DNA of 64,000 nt from a virus (IMGVR_UViG_3300011008_000003); one strand, 5' to 3'; numbered from the stretch's first letter, positions 39,492 through 48,119 are shown. Made by a program: numbers and translations. The notes: generated by a model not told the origin, from the letters alone.

Positions 39492-40826
39492 ATGAATGAC
39501 GACTTAATTTCTATTGACGAAGGGATGGAAGACTGGTCTATGCTCCAGTCCCGTAACATTATCGGTTCTAAATCGTTTGAAGAGAAAAAGACAGAACGCT
39601 TTTACCGGTTCGATTCGGACCTGACAGACGAAGATTTTCTTTCCAAGTATTACGAGTACAGACAGGACAGGAATCATTTCAAGATTGATTTTAAACCTGA
39701 TGACGAGACCAGAGCAGGTAGAATCATGGAGGAATTGATAGAGGAAAAGGCGAAGAGGTTAGGAATCGACCTGGAAATAGCCAAGTCAGTCGTGGCTACA
39801 GCTATCGTGAAGAAACAGAATGAACTGTCTGGTAAATTCGCCCGTTCGATTCATATCGATCAGGTCGAGAATGAACTGTTCGAAAAGCTCGGTTCGTTAA
39901 CGCTGGTAGAACTTGACAGTATCATCTATAACGTTCTTTACGGTTGTTACCTGTCGAATAGGACGAAACATGAAATCCTGTTCGAATTTTACGAACTGAA
40001 TTCTACCACCTGTTACATCCTGTCAAAAAACGGTCTTAGACTCATGAATATAACTATGACCTGTAGTCCTGAACCATCGAAACGGTCAGGAACAATTACC
40101 TGTACAATCGGACCAGGAGCGACTCGTGAGCTGGCATTTAATCCTGCTACGGAAGATATTGACAGTAAGATAGAAGGTTTCGACCTCGAATCGATATTTG
40201 AACTGAGCGAGAACTGTATGGACCTGTCTGGCAAGCAGATACAGGATATATTCGTTTCTCACCTGTCCAGTGTAAAATATACCTGTCACGATATATTTGA
40301 CATTGAATCGTTCCTGACCAGTGAAGGAATAAACCTGGACGATTTCATAGTTCGACCCGTAAGCGAGGACCAGACTAATATGGAACAGAGCAAGGAAACG
40401 CTCTGTCTGGTTGCTGCCGAATCTTACATCCGTAACAAATGGTTCAGTAATAAATCGGGCTATGGAGTAGGCTGTGACCTCTCTACCTGTTACGATACAG
40501 GTGAAAACTCGTTCAATTACAGTGAATGGGGAAAACCTGACGGCGTGATTCGATTCGGCAAGGCGATTAAAATAGCTCCTTACAGACGTAAACATTATGC
40601 TGACCTCACCTATCCTGACATCGAATTTAACTTCGCGATAGTTGGGACTGTGTTCGAACTGTACGTTTCAGGTCTGACTATGAGAACTAACCCGACACAG
40701 GGACTGGAAGCGATTCTCAAAATCGATTACGATAAATTAGTCGACGAGGTTAGTGACGTATTGGGAAAGGTCTCGATGGACAGGAAAAACCTCGATAACC
40801 TGTTCGACCTCGAACTGTCCCTATAA
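39492..40826 (+). CDS. 444-aa protein, leaderless, CT-tag variant
   Basis: ATG 8 nt after -10; ends KNLDNLFDLELSL (compare 52199: SNLNTVIDLELNL). Confidence 0.8.
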   Translation: MNDDLISIDEGMEDWSMLQSRNIIGSKSFEEKKTERFYRFDSDLTDEDFLSKYYEYRQDRNHFKIDFKPDDETRAGRIMEELIEEKAKRLGIDLEIAKSVVATAIVKKQNELSGKFARSIHIDQVENELFEKLGSLTLVELDSIIYNVLYGCYLSNRTKHEILFEFYELNSTTCYILSKNGLRLMNITMTCSPEPSKRSGTITCTIGPGATRELAFNPATEDIDSKIEGFDLESIFELSENCMDLSGKQIQDIFVSHLSSVKYTCHDIFDIESFLTSEGINLDDFIVRPVSEDQTNMEQSKETLCLVAAESYIRNKWFSNKSGYGVGCDLSTCYDTGENSFNYSEWGKPDGVIRFGKAIKIAPYRRKHYADLTYPDIEFNFAIVGTVFELYVSGLTMRTNPTQGLEAILKIDYDKLVDEVSDVLGKVSMDRKNLDNLFDLELSL

Positions 40827-40833
40827 ATAGTAC

Positions 40834-41289
40834 ATGAACAAGATAATAGTCAATCCCGAATCTAACCCCGAACTGGCAAAATACCTGGACGGGGTTTTGT
40901 CTGATTTCGAATCAAGTTACGACTGTACACGTGATAACTGTGGTCGAATCAATCGTGAACTTCGTACCTTACTCGTACAGGAAGGTGAAATACCTGAACA
41001 GGTTCAAGGACTGTATAAGGTCGATACCTGGAGGGGTTGGTTGGACGAAGGGGATTTTACAGACGAGGAACTTGACCTGATTACGAAACGGTACGGAGGA
41101 AACAACCGTTACAGTCTCGAGGAATATGTCGAGTCGTTACCGGAACGTGAACAGGAAAAATACCTGTATATTCCTCACGTGTTTTTAATCCTCGACGATT
41201 TAATCCTCGATGCTGCGTCTGATATGTTCGACTGTAAGAACTCGCCCGATCGATACTACGACTGGGACGAGAACCCAATCATAGACTAA
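40834..41289 (+). CDS. Late protein, possible Cys-His-Asp (transglutaminase/papain-like) fold
   Basis: TATAAATA; DNCG...PHVFLILDDLILDAASDMF. Confidence 0.5.
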   Translation: MNKIIVNPESNPELAKYLDGVLSDFESSYDCTRDNCGRINRELRTLLVQEGEIPEQVQGLYKVDTWRGWLDEGDFTDEELDLITKRYGGNNRYSLEEYVESLPEREQEKYLYIPHVFLILDDLILDAASDMFDCKNSPDRYYDWDENPIID

Positions 41290-41640
41290 CTATTTCAGGA
41301 AGTCGGCATGCTTCTTGAATTCTTCAACAAGCTGTTCGTCACTATAGTACGGAACAAGTTCTTCTTTACGCCCGCCCAAGTAGTAATCGTCGTAGTGTAC
41401 GAACAGGATTCGGCAGTTGTCGACGATTCGTGCATAGCACTTATCAAACTGTAACGTTACAGACCAGTGTCTACCCCACTTCTCGATGTCAGCCATGTCC
41501 AGGAATACGAGCGGTTTCATCTCGTTGATTTCAGGAATGGCGATGACAACTTCGCCCTTGTGTTTCAAACGATCCATCTCTGCCTGAAGTGAAAGAATCG
41601 TGTTTTCCATGGAATGACAGTCAAGTTTAATTTCGTTCAT
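41290..41640 (-). CDS. Hypothetical protein
   Basis: Inverted Pe + RBS. Confidence 0.8.
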   Translation of the reverse strand: MNEIKLDCHSMENTILSLQAEMDRLKHKGEVVIAIPEINEMKPLVFLDMADIEKWGRHWSVTLQFDKCYARIVDNCRILFVHYDDYYLGGRKEELVPYYSDEQLVEEFKKHADFLK

Positions 41641-41703
41641 AATAACCTCTTGATTAAAATATAGAAATTTCCAAGAGATTTGTAAATACGAAAGTTTTAG
41701 AAT

Positions 41704-41940
41704 TTATTTTTGGTAAGACTCGTACTTCTCGATGTTCTTGCACGATTTTTCGAACAGTTGAATATCCTTCATGTCATATCTTGCAACGACATCGAGTCTG
41801 TCCGCAAGGCGTTGAATCTTACGTCTCGGGTATTTCTCTTCGAACATCTCGTTGTAGTTACGAATATATCTCTTACGGAGCTTACGGTATACGATCGTGC
41901 CCGTGATGCTCAATACAATCCAAGCGATAATCCATCCCAT
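41704..41940 (-). CDS. Single-TM membrane protein
   Basis: MGWIIAWIVLSITGTIVY followed by basic residues. Confidence 0.7.
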   Translation of the reverse strand: MGWIIAWIVLSITGTIVYRKLRKRYIRNYNEMFEEKYPRRKIQRLADRLDVVARYDMKDIQLFEKSCKNIEKYESYQK

Positions 41941-41943
41941 GGC

Positions 41944-42138
41944 CTACCCCACGAGATTGCCGATAGAACCGACAATCCACGTCGCACCGTGAGCGATGTT
42001 AGATACGATTCCCGTTGCCAGAGCCACGATAGAATTGACCGAACCACAGAAGGAATTGGTCACGTGACTGTTTGTCGTAAATGCGCCGATAAGGAACAGC
42101 ACCAGGACGACGATGAGGATTACTTTGAATTTTGTCAT
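41944..42138 (-). CDS. Small membrane protein
   Basis: Inverted Pe + GGAGG; hydrophobic. Confidence 0.7.
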   Translation of the reverse strand: MTKFKVILIVVLVLFLIGAFTTNSHVTNSFCGSVNSIVALATGIVSNIAHGATWIVGSIGNLVG

Positions 42139-42239
42139 ATCTGACCTCCGTTGTTTAATTTAAATATAGAAAATTCTGAAGAATTCGTAATTTAAACAAT
42201 TAAAAGAAAATGGTTGGAGGTCTTGCGACCCCCGGATCA

Positions 42240-42503
42240 TCACTTGTAGATTTCAACGGTTTTACGGTCGATGATCGTGTCCGTTCCCAAACCTTCGACA
42301 ATGAACCGTTGTTCGATTTGTTCGATGATGTCCTCGGCGTGTTCTTTCGTATCGGTTTCGATAACGATTACATTTCCGAGTTTCGGTCGTTTGACCGTTT
42401 CGTACGGACACATTTGACTGAGGACGTAATCCACCAAATTGTTCATTTGGGAGTTTCTACGGATGTCGTAGTCGATGGAAACCAGTGCGAGAAATTTTTT
42501 CAT
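42240..42503 (-). CDS. Hypothetical protein
   Basis: Inverted Pe + RBS; start corrected. Confidence 0.75.
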   Translation of the reverse strand: MKKFLALVSIDYDIRRNSQMNNLVDYVLSQMCPYETVKRPKLGNVIVIETDTKEHAEDIIEQIEQRFIVEGLGTDTIIDRKTVEIYK

Positions 42504-42576
42504 TTTAGACCTCTTTTGTTTATTATAATATAGAAAATTCCAAAGAATTTGTAAATAAGGAAAAATCCAGTTTTTA

Positions 42577-42729
42577 TTACTGGATTCCCGTGATTTTGAT
42601 GAATTTGATTTGTTTACGAGCACACGGAACGCAGAGAATCAAGTTGGCGAACAGCCAAACCCTGGAGTTGTTGTATTTGATGGTGTTGGTCTTGCACTGC
42701 GGGCAACGGTAAGCCTTAGAGATTTTCAT
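42577..42729 (-). CDS. Small zinc-ribbon protein (50 aa)
   Basis: CPQC...CVPC; inverted Pe + AAGGA. Confidence 0.6.
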   Translation of the reverse strand: MKISKAYRCPQCKTNTIKYNNSRVWLFANLILCVPCARKQIKFIKITGIQ

Positions 42730-42867
42730 TCGGATTTCCTTAGTTAAATTAAACGACGATTAAGTTCGATTTAAATATAGAAAATTCTGAATATTTTGTA
42801 AAGACTATTAAATATAAAAAAATAACCGGAAGTCTTTCAACTCCCGGTTTTCATTAAGTAATAAGAA

Positions 42868-43347
42868 TTAACACCACGGAGATTCGAACTTGGTGTTGTT
42901 GTTGATGTTCTTGAAGATACCCTCACGGAACTTGAAACAGTGGTCGAAGTATTCGTCCGGGAACATTCCGGAAGGCCAGTTAGTCGGATCTTCGTCGTGA
43001 TACGGTTCGTCTTCCAAAGTGATTACGTTGACAATCTCGTTGACAACCTGGAATACGTCGGTGGTCGTGTAGTCAACCTGGTCCCAAGTCGTAGTTTCAC
43101 CGTCGTCGGTCTGTTCACTGTGTCTCTTGATGGAGTATTCGTATTTCTTCTTGGAATCGTCGATACCGATTTCGAGATAACCCTCGGGACAGGACGGTTC
43201 GTCCTGACAATAAGTATGGACGATGATTTTCTTACTGTCGACCTTGACATCGACCGACGGGAATCCCCTGGCGATGAAGACGAGATTACCGAAGTCGTTG
43301 TTGATACGACCGATGATGTCAAAGACGTTGATGGTGTTCTTTTTCAT
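42868..43347 (-). CDS. Hypothetical protein
   Basis: Inverted Pe + AGAGGTCCA; start corrected. Confidence 0.8.
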   Translation of the reverse strand: MKKNTINVFDIIGRINNDFGNLVFIARGFPSVDVKVDSKKIIVHTYCQDEPSCPEGYLEIGIDDSKKKYEYSIKRHSEQTDDGETTTWDQVDYTTTDVFQVVNEIVNVITLEDEPYHDEDPTNWPSGMFPDEYFDHCFKFREGIFKNINNNTKFESPWC

Positions 43348-43605
43348 ATTTGGACCTCTATTAAGAAAGATTTCGGAAATCATTAAGTTATAAAGTTTAA
43401 ATAACTCTGATTTCTATTTAAATATAGAAAATTCTGATAATTTAGTAAACCATTATATTATATAATTATTTGTCGGAGTATCTATCATATCGGAATTGCC
43501 GCTTGCGCTAGTACATGGTGCTGGTATTCCGATGAAAAAATATCAAATGTTTTAGTTTACAACTGCTTCGGTTTTTTCTATATTTAAGTCAACAAGAGGT
43601 CTGAT

Positions 43606-43962
43606 ATGAATAAAATTTACTGGAACACTGACACGGACGTGCTCGTAGACATCAACAACGTAATCGACAAGAGCAAGATTCCGGACAATTGCGACATTTA
43701 TCTTAACTTCGGGATTACAGTTGTCGACTGTTGCAAATCTCATAGCGTGATTCCAGATTTGATTGACGTGGAAGATACGGAAATAATCAAATGTCTGTAC
43801 AAGAGAGACGAAGAGGCTGAAGAATATAACGGCGAAGTCAATATGTCTTCGATTGTCATCGACATGAACGGTAACGAGATTCATAAGGATGTTCAGGCTG
43901 TAATGTACGCCGCGACGGCTACGGGAAGAATGTTAAGCAAGATGAATTCCGAAGAAAAATAA
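43606..43962 (+). CDS. Hypothetical protein
   Basis: Pe + RBS. Confidence 0.8.
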   Translation: MNKIYWNTDTDVLVDINNVIDKSKIPDNCDIYLNFGITVVDCCKSHSVIPDLIDVEDTEIIKCLYKRDEEAEEYNGEVNMSSIVIDMNGNEIHKDVQAVMYAATATGRMLSKMNSEEK

Positions 43963-44073
43963 TCAAATATTTTAGTTTACAACTTTGTCTAGATTTTCTA
44001 TATTTTAATCGTTGCAAGTCATAATCGAATGATTAACGACTGCAGCGAATCCGATAACAACAAGAGGTCCAAA

Positions 44074-44391
44074 ATGAAAATGACGAACGAAGAACTTCAG
44101 AACTACGCAAACCAGATTGAAGAAGCCGGTTTGAAGCGCGATACCAATCCGGACGTGGCCGGCCTGCATCATTACGTAGTCCAGACGACTTACAAGAAAG
44201 CCGACGAAGACGCCGTTCTTGACGGCATGCCGGAAGCATTCGAGGCTTGCTTCGATAACGAAAACGGCACGACCGGCGAATGCGAAGACGTCAGCATGTT
44301 CTACCTGGAAGACTGTTCGGTCACGGACGCAGCGACTATCGTCAGCTGGCTCAAGGCCAACAAGAACTGGAAAACGTACATTGCTGACTAA
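44074..44391 (+). CDS. Acidic hypothetical protein
   Basis: Pe + leader hairpin + RBS. Confidence 0.8.
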   Translation: MKMTNEELQNYANQIEEAGLKRDTNPDVAGLHHYVVQTTYKKADEDAVLDGMPEAFEACFDNENGTTGECEDVSMFYLEDCSVTDAATIVSWLKANKNWKTYIAD

Positions 44392-44555
44392 TCCAAGTTG
44401 AAGAAATCCGGAATGTCGTGAGATATACCGATGATTTTTTTAATAATGTTTTAGTTTACAACTTAATTAGAATTTTCTATATTTAAATCGTTGCAAGTTA
44501 TAATTGAATGATTATTCAACTTGCTGCAATTCCAAACTAAACCAAAGAGGTCCAA

Positions 44556-44837
44556 ATGATCAAGAGCTTTACCTACACGAACATGAAATCCGAAACTTCC
44601 ACCAGAATCGTCAACATCGTGCACGAATCCGAAAGCATGATTCAGGGTTTCGATTACAAGTACCTGAACTCTGATGAACAAGCGCTGGTCAACGGTGTCT
44701 ACGGGAACGACCACAAGCCCACGCCGTTTCCGACCGTCCGTGTGAAGATGACTGACGAAGACTACAAGCAGCTCGGAATCAGCAAGGAACTGTTCAAGAA
44801 GGCATTCCGTACCTTCAAGAAGTCTTCCATGAAGTAA
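44556..44837 (+). CDS. Small protein, possibly WYL/SH3-like
   Basis: FTYTNMKSETSTRIV...GFD...FRTFK pattern. Confidence 0.45.
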   Translation: MIKSFTYTNMKSETSTRIVNIVHESESMIQGFDYKYLNSDEQALVNGVYGNDHKPTPFPTVRVKMTDEDYKQLGISKELFKKAFRTFKKSSMK

Positions 44838-45104
44838 GGGACTTCTGTCCTACCTGCGGGGTTCGGTGACCTTCGGGAGATCCGAATCTTTCAGTCGGGC
44901 CAATCTGGGTTGCAGGCCAGTCCGACGACAGTCCCAAGACGGACCGGGAGTACCCTAGGGGAAACCGGTTCTTTATTGCTTTTCCGATAGATTTTTTTAT
45001 AATGTTTATATTTACGACTTTGATTAGATTTTCTATATTTTAGTTGTGCGAGTGATAATTGATTGATTAGTCACTCGCGGAAATTCCAAATCAAAGAGGT
45101 CCAA

Positions 45105-45452
45105 ATGGTTACTTTCAAGTCTATCAACGAAATCCAGTCTGCAATTCGTGCCAAGATCACGAGCAATTCCGAAGCAGCTATCAAGGCGATGATGAAAATC
45201 TACGCGAACCAGACGGAAGATGAACAGGATGCCGAAGCCACAAGGCACCGTAACAATGTCGGTTTCAACGGCACGGACGCCGAAATTCTGAGCAGCTTCT
45301 CGAAGCAGTACCAGAAGCGTGGCTTCCTGAGCCCGAAGCAGAACGCCATCCTGATGAAGAAAATCGGGAAGTATGCAGGTCAGCTGACCAAGCAGGCGAT
45401 CGCCAACAAGATGTACGTGAAGACCGGCGACGTCTGGATCGTCAACAAATAG
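45105..45452 (+). CDS. Conserved phage protein (QT.DEQ...N.VGF...DA...LSPKQ...KY..QL)
   Basis: Motif set recalled from large-phage hypothetical proteins; start corrected. Confidence 0.7.
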   Translation: MVTFKSINEIQSAIRAKITSNSEAAIKAMMKIYANQTEDEQDAEATRHRNNVGFNGTDAEILSSFSKQYQKRGFLSPKQNAILMKKIGKYAGQLTKQAIANKMYVKTGDVWIVNK

Positions 45453-45622
45453 GTTTCTGGACCTCCTGCGGGTCGCTCCGGTATCGGGGCGATTCCGCTT
45501 ATTTTTTTATATTTTATCTTGTTTACAAGTTTATTATAATTTTTTATATTTTAATTGAACAAGTGATAATTAAATAATTATTTACTTGCTGAAACTCCAA
45601 ACAAAATCAAAGAGGTCCAATT

Positions 45623-46000
45623 ATGATGAAAGCCAACAAGATTGAAGACATCCGCCGCATCTACACCAAGTACGAAGGCGTTCCGTGCAAGATCGAAGCA
45701 GACCGTACGAAGCAGGTCGTTTCTGTCGAATACAACTGGACTGGCGACGATAATGCTCGCCGTTGCTTCGTCGCCTACGCTTGTGTGAATGGTGATCCAG
45801 ATCGTTTCTGCATGTCTGAATACGCGAATTCCGACCACGATGAAAACTGGAACTGCGATGTAACCGTTAGCTTCTACGGGAATCTGAACAACGACCAGGA
45901 GATTCTGGATTTGGTCGAAAGCTTGCTGATGAACTTCTTCAAGGCTGAACGAGCAATGAAGGTCTTCAGTAAGCTTGAGAAAGCTGGACTCGTCAAGTAG
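45623..46000 (+). CDS. Hypothetical protein
   Basis: Pe + leader hairpin + RBS. Confidence 0.8.
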   Translation: MMKANKIEDIRRIYTKYEGVPCKIEADRTKQVVSVEYNWTGDDNARRCFVAYACVNGDPDRFCMSEYANSDHDENWNCDVTVSFYGNLNNDQEILDLVESLLMNFFKAERAMKVFSKLEKAGLVK

Positions 46001-46500
46001 TTCCGACATACCAGCTGACAGTCCGTTTGACACGTCAGATGTCAGATAGGCTGTCAGTTTGCTGCGTTTTATGACGGCTTTTACGACGTTATTTGGGCAT
46101 AACGTCAGCTTTCGCGACGTGCCAAATGACGCCCCGGTAGGCCTATTTTAGGCTGGTATGCCGACGCCCCAGTGCGTGAAAAAACGGGCAGGCGGGCTCC
46201 AAAAAAATGTGCTAAGGCGAGCCTATAGGGTTAACCCCCCGGCCCGGGGGCCCAGGTCTCCTATGGGCGGGCTTTTTGCGTGCGTGTCTTTCTCTTAAAA
46301 AAAATTTTTTCCGGGAAATTTTTTCTGGGCTATCTACTGGCGGGCAGATATGGCGGGCGGCAATCGGGACATATATCGGGACACAATGTCTTGATTATTA
46401 TATAGTTTTTTCGTATCGAGACATTTCTACCCCCGCCCGGGCTTATTTTTGAAAAAGGCTCATTTTGAAAAATTTTTTATAGAAAAATTTTAATCCTATA
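46001..46500. other. Non-coding GC-rich palindromic/repeat junction (candidate terminus, pac or origin region)
   Basis: Nested inverted repeats, C6/G5 runs, A/T tracts, paired direct repeats; gene organisation changes across it. Confidence 0.5.
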
Positions 46501-46539
46501 TATGAAAACGGGCTTACGTTCCTTTCTTATTTTACTATA

Positions 46540-46854
46540 TTGCGAAATAAGATAAGTAGAGAAGAGTTAGATAGCTTACAGCAGTATCTGAAACATAATG
46601 CCGTGGCTGATTTATACAGTTCGGACTGGTATTCAATAAATGGCTTGGAAATAAGTATCGACCTTGATTGCGTATATGTATACCTGATGCGTGACAAATG
46701 GCTGATAGCGTGTACCAAGGCCGGGTGTGGTCTGAGCAGTGATAACCCGCATAAGGTTATTGTACTTGATTTCGACAGATTGATGCGGTTAATCGACGGC
46801 GGCGAGATGGCTTATAATAATATGGAGACCGAGTGGATCCTGAATGAGCTGTGA
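46540..46854 (+). CDS. CT-tag island protein (start codon uncertain)
   Basis: Pe -10 at 46536; AAG where a leaderless ATG is expected (46549); ends NMETEWILNEL. Confidence 0.6.
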   Translation: MRNKISREELDSLQQYLKHNAVADLYSSDWYSINGLEISIDLDCVYVYLMRDKWLIACTKAGCGLSSDNPHKVIVLDFDRLMRLIDGGEMAYNNMETEWILNEL

Positions 46855-46855
46855 T

Positions 46856-47329
46856 TTACGGCAATTCATCTATGTATTCTTCTATCATACGGTTTTCCAT
46901 AGCCAGTTTTTCTTTTAATATATCCCTGTATGTATCGGAAGACAAGAAGTTCTTTCTGAGTTCGTTCATGAATATTACGAGTTTTTCCGGGTTATCGTTC
47001 GGGTGTTTGAGGCGTAATACGGAGAGCGGAATGCCGTCGGACGGCTGGGAAGTATTATTTACATAGATTTTTATCAGGTATATGGTATCGTTTTTACGTA
47101 ATAACGACTGTCCTTTTACCATGAAGCATAGGATTTTGCTGTTTAGCGGGCTGACGACGCCGAGGCACGCTATGAGGCATTCACCGTCTACTGGGGATAT
47201 GCGGGAGCTGTACTGGTGGAAATTGTCGCCTATACTGTTTCCGAATATTTTAACGGCCTGGTTGTCCGCCAGGTCCAGTTCGTGTTTATATTTTTCCTGT
47301 TTCAGCTTATATTTCTTTTCGTAGTTCAT
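46856..47329 (-). CDS. CT-tag island protein, family A
   Basis: DNFH / MNELRKNF; ends NRMIEEYIDELP. Confidence 0.8.
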   Translation of the reverse strand: MNYEKKYKLKQEKYKHELDLADNQAVKIFGNSIGDNFHQYSSRISPVDGECLIACLGVVSPLNSKILCFMVKGQSLLRKNDTIYLIKIYVNNTSQPSDGIPLSVLRLKHPNDNPEKLVIFMNELRKNFLSSDTYRDILKEKLAMENRMIEEYIDELP

Positions 47330-47835
47330 GGCAGGGAATCCAGGAGTTTCTTGGTCTTGTAGTTCTGTCTCTGCAGTATTTTCTTTTTCAGCTTTACGAA
47401 CCCGGTATTCATGTATTCACTTCTGTATTTTTCCATTTTATTCAGGAGTTCCGTTACGGAACCTGCCTGGTCTATATACTGGTAATCCGGATCGTAGCCG
47501 ACGGAAGAGCAGAGGCCGTTCGAGCCGATCGGGCCGTATGTCATGTGCGGGTGTTCTTTCTGAGGATCCCTGATTCTGTAGATTCTGTTTGTTGTATATT
47601 CTTCCAGCAGGATTTCGCCTATGACACGCCAGCACAGATTGGCTGGTTTAGTCGGGTGGGCTATGCCAAGCGATATTTCTATGCCTTTTTCTTTATTTGA
47701 CGAGACATAGGATGAGAATATATGGAAATCGTCATGGAATTTGTCTCCATACAGTTTATGCGCAATATGTTCGGCTACGGCGAGGTCGGGCATCAGTTCT
47801 TTAACTTTTTTGGTATATTCCAGGTATTTACTCAT
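47326..47835 (-). CDS. CT-tag island protein, family A
   Basis: DDFH / CWRVIGE / KMEKYRSEY; ends NYKTKKLLDSLP. Confidence 0.8.
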   Translation of the reverse strand: MSKYLEYTKKVKELMPDLAVAEHIAHKLYGDKFHDDFHIFSSYVSSNKEKGIEISLGIAHPTKPANLCWRVIGEILLEEYTTNRIYRIRDPQKEHPHMTYGPIGSNGLCSSVGYDPDYQYIDQAGSVTELLNKMEKYRSEYMNTGFVKLKKKILQRQNYKTKKLLDSLP

Positions 47836-48119
47836 TCTAGGATCTCCAGTGCGGTCTTGGTGAGTTCATTGTTCAGTTCCAGCATGAATTTATGTTCGTT
47901 TTTCTTTATTTCCTCGTAGTTGTATTGTTTTTCGCCGAGCTGGATATAGCAATACCTGCGTGTCGCACTCTGGTCGAACCAGATAACGTCTTTTTTGCTG
48001 CCGTCGAACCAGAACTCAATCCTATATTTCAGTACATCAAATACGGTAACTCTACTGAATAATATGTCGGTAATATTCCTGTAGGTTGTGCCGTAGAGGT
48101 TGTCATATATGATAATCAT
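47832..48119 (-). CDS. CT-tag island protein
   Basis: Ends NELTKTALEILE. Confidence 0.8.
   Translation of the reverse strand: MIIIYDNLYGTTYRNITDILFSRVTVFDVLKYRIEFWFDGSKKDVIWFDQSATRRYCYIQLGEKQYNYEEIKKNEHKFMLELNNELTKTALEILE

Larger units (their letters stand above)
44010..45590 (+). promoter_or_regulatory. Four conserved 5'-leader hairpins (near 44012, 44492, 45048, 45559)
   Basis: C[AG]AGT[CTG]-ATAAT[CT]-N4-[GA]ATTA...ACT[TC]GC with compensatory changes; each followed by AGAGGTCCA. Confidence 0.65.

Noticed and set aside
609-46000. CRISPR array or integron
   Set aside because: Repeats are degenerate promoters separated by whole genes. There is no constant repeat-spacer period, no attC RYYYAAC/GTTRRRY structure, and no cas or integrase gene in view.
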